Positions 58,022-64,000 of a DNA stretch of 64,000 bases are shown one piece after another. Below the pieces are notes generated by a model that was given only the letters and a program-made list of their open reading frames with translations, was not told the origin of the DNA and did no database searches. The stretch spans positions 3,552,001 through 3,616,000 of the forward strand of contig OZ252100.1 of assembly GCA_965248435.1 (NCBI GenBank), written 5' to 3'. The position numbers and the translations under genes were made by a program. Numbering within the stretch: position 1 is the first letter of the stretch; every line of letters begins with the position of its first letter. This stretch comes from Candidatus Latescibacterota bacterium. GTDB taxonomy: Bacteria > Latescibacterota > UBA2968 > GCA-2709665.

Positions 58022-59129
58022 GTGGCCAAATATCGCGTCGCTTTGATCGGAACCGGGCGGGTCGGATACCAGTTCAGTTTCAGTGACCTGCCTGACAATC
58101 ACGCGGAGGCGATCGTAGAGAGCGAAGCGTGTGAGCTCGTGGCAGGCGTGAACCGAGGCAAAGAAAAGCTCGAGGCGTTCGGCGCACGGTTTTCGGTGAA
58201 CGCGCTGTTTCACGACTACGAAGAGATGTTGAGGGAGGTCCAGCCGGACATCTGTGTCGTGGCGACGCATCCGGAGTTCCACTGCGAGATGGTCGTCGGC
58301 TGTGCGGAAGCGTCTTCGACGAAGGCGATTATCTGCGAGAAACCGATGGCGCTGTCCCTGGATGAGTGCGACCGAATGATCGAGGCCTGTGAGTCACGAG
58401 GGGTTCTGATGCTGATCAACCACAACAGGCGCTGGTACCCGGAGTGGGCCCTCGCGCAGAAGTTGATCCAGGATGGGGCGATCGGCGAGCTGAACAACAT
58501 CTACTGCTACCTCGACGGTTGCAAGCCGATACCCTCGTGGCGGAGCGAGCACGAGGGACCCCTGCTCCACGATGCTACGCACTACTTCGATCTGATGGAC
58601 TTCTACGCCGGGGAGGTAGATTGGCTATGTGGGATGGCGGAGCAGCCGCCGGCGTCCCTGGGCGGTGGAGGACTTCAGTGCGGCGTTCTTGAAGTTCAAG
58701 AGCGGCGTTACCGGCGTGATGTATGGGGCCGAACTTACCGAGTATGCAGACTACGCCTTTGAATTGCGAGGCACAACGGGCGTGATCCGGATGATCGAGG
58801 AACAGGTCTGCCTGTTTCAGTCCGAGCGGGATGTCTACGAACCGGACAGCGGCTTCCAGTGGAGCAGTCTGAAGCCGAACGAAGTCGAGCGGCCTGAAGC
58901 GGCGTCGAGCTACGTCGTGGCCCTGAAGGAGCTGGTCCAGGCCCTGGAAAGTGGTGGATCGCTTCGGAGCGATGGTCGGACGGGCCGACGATCTATCGAG
59001 ATGATCTCCGCGATCTACCAGTCTCAGCTGGAGGGCAACTGCCCCGTGCGATTCCCTGTGGAAATGAAGGAATCGGGGGTCGCGGCCCTCAGGGATGCGG
59101 GTGTGTTCAGAGAGGGTGCCCGGGAATAG
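58022..59129 (+). pseudogene. Gfo/Idh/MocA oxidoreductase frameshifted near 58645; probably a sequencing error
   Basis: IGTGRVG, CEKPMA, NHNRRW, HDATHYFD; continues in another frame RRRPWAVEDFSAAFLKF; extra C in cagccgccgg. Confidence 0.8.
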
Positions 59130-59290
59130 ATGGGCCCGGAGAATGTTGGGACAGGAGTCAAGCAGGTAAGCGGAAGAATGCGAAACCGGGCTGGAGATCG
59201 GGTTTTGCTGATCGTTAAGGCGTTTTTCGTGGTTCACTAAGGTGAGTGATTATGACGATCATTCGAATGCTCAATAGAAACAGGCGGTGA

Positions 59291-61249
59291 ATGGTCAATC
59301 CGAAACCCGAAATCTCAAATCGGCAATCGATACAGCGTGCTCCTGAACGGGTCACCCTGCGGGCGTTTATCCTGGGGTTGATCTCGCTCGCCGGGATGTC
59401 CATCTACTCCCAGTTCTACACAAAGCATCTCGAGATCGATTTCCTTCCGCTCACGGCCCTCCTTCCCCTGGTGACCTGGATCGGGTTGAACATCCTGCTG
59501 AGAACGCTGTTTCCACGCCTGGCGCTGTCACGCACCGAGATGCTTCTGATCTTCGGGATCGTCTGGCTCCCTTCAGTGATCGGGGCAACGTGCGGTTATC
59601 TGGTGGGTGTGATCACGTCGCCGGCCTACCACGCCACTCCGGAAAACCGGTTCTGGGAGGTGGGCTGGCCGCATCTGCCCCACTGGATGTTTCTGGATCG
59701 CTCGGAATACGTCCTGGACGGGTTCTTTTCCGGGTTGGCCCCGGGGGATTCGATTCCGTGGGGACCGTGGATCACGCCAATCTTCTGGTGGTTGACGGGC
59801 ATACTCGGGATGGTGATGACGGGTTTCTTCGCCAGTGTGATTTTTTACAGACAATGGACGGACAAGGAGCGCCTGACCTTTCCCCTGGCTACCGTTCCGC
59901 AGGATCTCGTTCGGGTATCCGGCCGGGGCCGGGTGCCTGATGTGATGAAGAACTGGCTATTCTGGATCGGGTTCGCCTGTACGGGAGGTGTGGTATTTTG
60001 GAACATCGCGGGATATTTCATCCTCCACATGCCCAGGATCACGATCTACGATACGATGGGCGTTCACGTCGTGAACATCGGGAGGGGGTTCCCTCTCTAC
60101 CATCTCCGGGTTCAGCCGCTGCTAATGGGCATTGCCTATCACTGTCCGCTGAACCTGCTGTTGACCTTCTGGATCTTTTATCCCCTCAAGATCCTGAAGG
60201 AGGGGCTGATGAACCGGATCGGGTTCTCGGTGGGCCTGGAGGGTCAGCCGGCCACTCCGGGCGAGATATTGACCCTGGAGGCGAACGGTGCCCTCTTTTT
60301 CCTGGTCGCCTGGTCGATCTGGATCGCGCGGGACCACGTGAGGGACACCTTCCGGAAGGCCTTTTCGGGCCTCCGGTCTGAAGACGACGGCCTGCCGGTG
60401 ACTTACCGCACGGCATGGCTGGGGTTCATCTGCTGCGGGATTTTTATGCTGGGCCTGTTCGTCTCGATCGGGTTCAGCTGGCACGTCGCGATCGTCCACC
60501 TGATTCTGGCCTTCGTGGCCTACTTCGGGGTGAGCAAATATTCGGCCGCGACCGGTTTCTTCTTCCTCAGACCGCAGGGCAGCAAAGGGGGACGCATCAT
60601 TCAGACGATCTGGGGAATCGGAAATATGAAGCCCGGTGACCTGGCCGGGTTGGCGATGGTGAACAACCAGGCGTTCGCGGGAGGGGGCGCGCGAATCCTC
60701 GCGATCCCGGCGACGCCGCATTTCTTCCGGCTCCTCGGCGACGCCCTGCGGCGGCATCCCCTGATCTGGGGGGCCTTGCCTGTCGCCGTGCTGACGGCCT
60801 ATGCCGCGGCCCTGGGAACATCGATCAGTCACGGCTACTTGACTGGAAAGATGAATATGATTCGCGGTCCGTTGCCTGGATGGGGCTCGTTTCTGAGGAT
60901 CGTTTCCGTGATGGAAGGGTCATCCGTTTCCTATTTCGACTATCAGAAACTGGGGGTCTGGATCTTCGGGGCTGCGGAGACCGGGCTGCTGACCTACTTG
61001 ATGTCGAGTTTCTCTGGGTGGCCCATCCACCCGCTCGGGTTGGCCTTCCCTCAGTTTTACGGATTTAGCATCCTCCTCGTCTGGCTTCCGAAGTACCTGA
61101 TCGTCCGGTTCGGAGGCGTTCATCTTTATCGACGTTCGATCCCGTTCTGGTACGGGTTCATCGTGGGGTATATCGTCGGAATCGGCCTTTCGACCGTCGT
61201 GGACATGATCTGGTTCCCGACATCCATGCACTGGGTGTATGGCTGGTAG
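59291..61249 (+). CDS. Polytopic membrane protein, DUF6785/DUF6784-like putative transporter (copy 1)
   Basis: VTLRAFILG, ATPEN, IPW.PW..P, RQW.DKERLTFPL, WPIHPLG; many hydrophobic segments. Confidence 0.8.
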   Translation: MVNPKPEISNRQSIQRAPERVTLRAFILGLISLAGMSIYSQFYTKHLEIDFLPLTALLPLVTWIGLNILLRTLFPRLALSRTEMLLIFGIVWLPSVIGATCGYLVGVITSPAYHATPENRFWEVGWPHLPHWMFLDRSEYVLDGFFSGLAPGDSIPWGPWITPIFWWLTGILGMVMTGFFASVIFYRQWTDKERLTFPLATVPQDLVRVSGRGRVPDVMKNWLFWIGFACTGGVVFWNIAGYFILHMPRITIYDTMGVHVVNIGRGFPLYHLRVQPLLMGIAYHCPLNLLLTFWIFYPLKILKEGLMNRIGFSVGLEGQPATPGEILTLEANGALFFLVAWSIWIARDHVRDTFRKAFSGLRSEDDGLPVTYRTAWLGFICCGIFMLGLFVSIGFSWHVAIVHLILAFVAYFGVSKYSAATGFFFLRPQGSKGGRIIQTIWGIGNMKPGDLAGLAMVNNQAFAGGGARILAIPATPHFFRLLGDALRRHPLIWGALPVAVLTAYAAALGTSISHGYLTGKMNMIRGPLPGWGSFLRIVSVMEGSSVSYFDYQKLGVWIFGAAETGLLTYLMSSFSGWPIHPLGLAFPQFYGFSILLVWLPKYLIVRFGGVHLYRRSIPFWYGFIVGYIVGIGLSTVVDMIWFPTSMHWVYGW

Positions 61250-61438
61250 AAAGGCCGGGTACCGGGGAATCAAAACACGGGTACCGGGTACCGCAAAAGA
61301 TAGGCGAAACTGATGTCCTGACGCATTGGTTCGCCAGCAGGAGCTGTTTACAAAATTGTATGCCAACACCCTGAATCATTCCGTCGCCAACAGGAGTTGG
61401 CTCCTACCGGATACAATCCGCCCATTCAACCGGTAGGA

Positions 61439-61567
61439 GCCGTCTCCCGACGGCGAACAATTCGACCACGGTTTTTCTATCCGTCAACCGAAGGCGGTCT
61501 CCCGACGGCGAACAATTCGACCACGGTTTTTCTATCCGTCAACCGAAGGCCGCCTCCCGGCGGCGAA
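61439..61567. repeat. 55-bp tandem repeat (about 2.3 copies) built on a REP
   Basis: gccgtctcccgacggcgaacaattcgaccacggtttttctatccgtcaaccgaag repeated; preceded by gtaggagc, with gctcctac at about 61400. Confidence 0.85.
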
Positions 61568-61585
61568 TATTCGGTTACTGAGACA

Positions 61586-63538
61586 ATGGCAATACCCCAA
61601 CCCATAACCAAGCCGACCGAACAGCGAGCCTCTGAAGGCGTGACCCTGCGGGCGTTCGTCCTGGGGCTGATCACGATCGTGGGGATGTGCATCTACTCGC
61701 AGTTCTACCGGAAACATCTGGCGATCGATTTCCTGCCCCTTACTGCCCTCCTGCCCCTGGTGTTCTGGATGGGGTTGAACATCCTGCTCAAAACGTTGTT
61801 CCCCCGCCTGGCGATGTCACGTACGGAGATGCTGGCGATCTTCGGGATCGTCTGGCTCCGTCCGTAATGTGGGCAACGAGTATGTACTTGATCGGTACGG
61901 TCACATCTCCGGCCTACTACGCCTCTCCTGAAAACCGGTTCTGGGAGGTGGGCTGGCCCCATCTACCCCACTGGATGTTCCTGGATCGCTCGGACTACGT
62001 CCTGGAGGGGTTCTTCTCCGGGTTGCCCGAGGGGGATTCGATTCCCTGGGGCCCGTGGATCACGCCGCTTTTCTGGTGGTTCGCGGGCATCCTGGGGATG
62101 GTGATGACGGGGTTCTTCGCCAGCGTGATCTTCTACAGACAGTGGGCGGACAAGGAGCGCCTGACCTTTCCGCTGGCCACGGTTCCGCAGGATCTGCTCC
62201 GGGTATCCGGGCGAGGGCGTGTTCCGGATGTGATGAAGAACGGAATCTTCTGGATCGGATTCGCCTGCACGGGAGGGGTGGTCTTGTGGAACATCGCGGG
62301 ATATTTTCTGCTCCACATGCCCAGGATCACGCTCTATGACGGGATGGCGGCCACCGCCGTGAACATAGGGAGGGGGTTTCCTCCCTATTACCTCAGGCTG
62401 CAGCCCCTGCTGATGGGCATCGCCTATCATTGCCCTCTGAACCTGCTGTTTACCTTCTGGATCTTCTATCCCATCAGAATCCTTAAAGAGGGGTTGATGA
62501 ACCGGGTCGGGTTCTCGGTGGGCCTGGAGGGTCAGCCCGCAACTACAGGCGAGATTTTGACGCTGGAAGCGAACGGTGCCCTCTTTTTCCTGGTCGCCTG
62601 GTCGATCTGGATCGCCCGGAATCACCTGAGAGTTACCTTTCGGAAGGCGTTCTCGGGTCCGCGATCCGATGACGATGGCCTGCCGGTCAGCTACCGCGCG
62701 GCCTGGCTGGGGTTCATCTGTTGCGGGGTCTTTATGGTTGGGCTGCTGGTTTCCATCGGGTTCAGCCTGCCCATCGCGATCGTCCACCTGATTCTGGCAT
62801 TCGTGGCCTACTTCGGGGTAAGTAAATACTCGGCCGCGACCGGGTTCTTCTTCCTGAGACCGCAGGGCGGGAAAGGGGGGGGGTATCATCAGGAGTATCC
62901 TGGGACTGGGGAATATGAAGCCGGGTGACCTGGCTGGGCTGGCGATCGTGGGCAACCAGGCGTTTGCTGGAGGGGGGGCACGAATCCTCGCGATCCCGGC
63001 TACGCCGCACTTCTTCCGGCTCCTCGGCGAGTCCCTTCGACGTCATCCGCTGATCTGGGGGGCGGTGCCTGCCGCCGTGCTGACGGCCTTCGTGGCGTCA
63101 CTGGGGACCTCCATCAGCCTGGGCTACTCAACCGGAAAAATGAATGTGTTACGCGGTACAATGCCGGGGTGGAGCTCGTTTCTGAACATCGTCTCCGTTC
63201 TGGAAGGTTCATCCCTTTCCTATTTCGACTATCAGAAACTGGGGGTCTGGATCTTCGGGGCTGCGGAGACCGGGCTGCTGACCTACTTGATGTCGAGTTT
63301 CTCTGGGTGGCCCATCCACCCGCTCGGGTTGGCCTTCCCCCAGTTTTACGGATTCAGCATCTTCCTGGTCTGGCTGCCCAAGTACCTGATCGTCCGGTTC
63401 GGCGGCGTTCAGCTCTACCGGCGCTCGATCACGTTCTGGTACGGGTTCATCGTGGGTTATATCTTCGGAATCGGCCTTTCGACCGTCGTCGACATGATCT
63501 GGTTCCCGACGTCGATGCATTGGGTGTATGGCTGGTAG
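61586..63538 (+). pseudogene. DUF6785/DUF6784-like membrane protein (copy 2), two frameshifts
   Basis: Colinear with copy 1; one C missing at about 61858 and one extra G in the G9 run at 62875-62883. Confidence 0.8.
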
Positions 63539-63545
63539 GAAGGCC

Positions 63546-63822
63546 GTCGTTCGTCGCTCGTCGTTCGTAAAACTCAAACTTCACGGCAGATGTAGAGACG
63601 CCCCGCTGGGGCGTCTCCATAGCGTAGATGGTGGATCGCGGTCGCGTGACATTTTAGTCGTCCTGATGAATTGTGCGACTGTGAGGCCTATCCGCGCGGG
63701 AATGAATTCCCGCGCTGTAGATTCACCAAGTCCGCCACCTGGCGGACTCGATGGTAATTTGTATCCCGCTGACTGGATGGCAGATTGGAAACGCGTTGGG
63801 GCACGGCCTGCTGTGCCCTAAC
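63546..63822. repeat. Spacer packed with several REP-like palindromes
   Basis: Composite element 63551-63617; gcgcgggaatgaattcccgcgc (63694); agtccgccacctggcggact (63729); gttggggcacggcctgctgtgccctaac (63795). Confidence 0.75.
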
Positions 63823-63864
63823 CGTGAATGTTCAACGTCCTAAAATTGCCTGAATGGATGATCG

Positions 63865-64000
63865 ATGGCAATTGCAAAACCAGAAACAGATCCGGCGGTG
63901 CAGAAGGCCCCCGAACGGGTGACGCTGCGGGCCTTCGTCCTGGCGTTGATCACGATCGCAGGAATGCACTACTACACGATCAACTACAGGGCGCACTTCA
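63865..64000 (+). CDS. DUF6785/DUF6784-like membrane protein (copy 3), cut by the window end
   Basis: MAIAKPETDPAVQKAPERVTLRAFVLALITIAGMHYYTINYRAHF matches the N-terminus of copies 1 and 2. Confidence 0.8.
   Translation, partial: MAIAKPETDPAVQKAPERVTLRAFVLALITIAGMHYYTINYRAHF

Noticed and set aside
61439-61567. Possible CRISPR array
   Set aside because: The intervening segments are identical rather than unique spacers, there are only about 2 units, and no cas genes are present.
59291-63538. Diversity-generating retroelement template/variable repeat pair
   Set aside because: Differences are mostly synonymous and not adenine-specific, and there is no reverse transcriptase in the window; the same applies to the 6.4-12 kb pair.

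Overview
This is a GC-rich bacterial window in which nearly all genes lie on the + strand. The GWxTD protein, the DUF6785/6784-like membrane-protein array, the many orphan catabolic enzymes and the REP-rich spacers suggest a Latescibacterota/Poribacteria-like genome (inference only). Contents: (1) three loosely organised catabolic clusters (about 1.3-14.4, 15.7-24.5 and 43.8-56.4 kb) rich in oxidoreductases, class III aminotransferases, beta-propeller proteins and unknown families; (2) a housekeeping-like middle section (pheA, aminotransferase, lgt, HIT, dCMP deaminase, M28 peptidase), with mnmA lying between the first two clusters; (3) a complete ISL3 element with an 8-bp target duplication and a REP-associated tyrosine transposase with flanking REPs; (4) four sets of local paralogs; (5) many short palindromic and heptamer repeats, some nested in each other or inside gene ends. 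The most unusual items are an aldo-keto reductase/chlorite-dismutase-like fusion, a SWIM-CBS fusion, a ~33-bp mini-element that sits inside other palindromes, an orphan defence-type ATPase with a broken Walker A, and tandem arrays of uncharacterised proteins. Five frameshifts, mostly in short runs, are probably long-read errors. No rRNA, tRNA or CRISPR array was seen. Family names come from motif recognition, not database searches.
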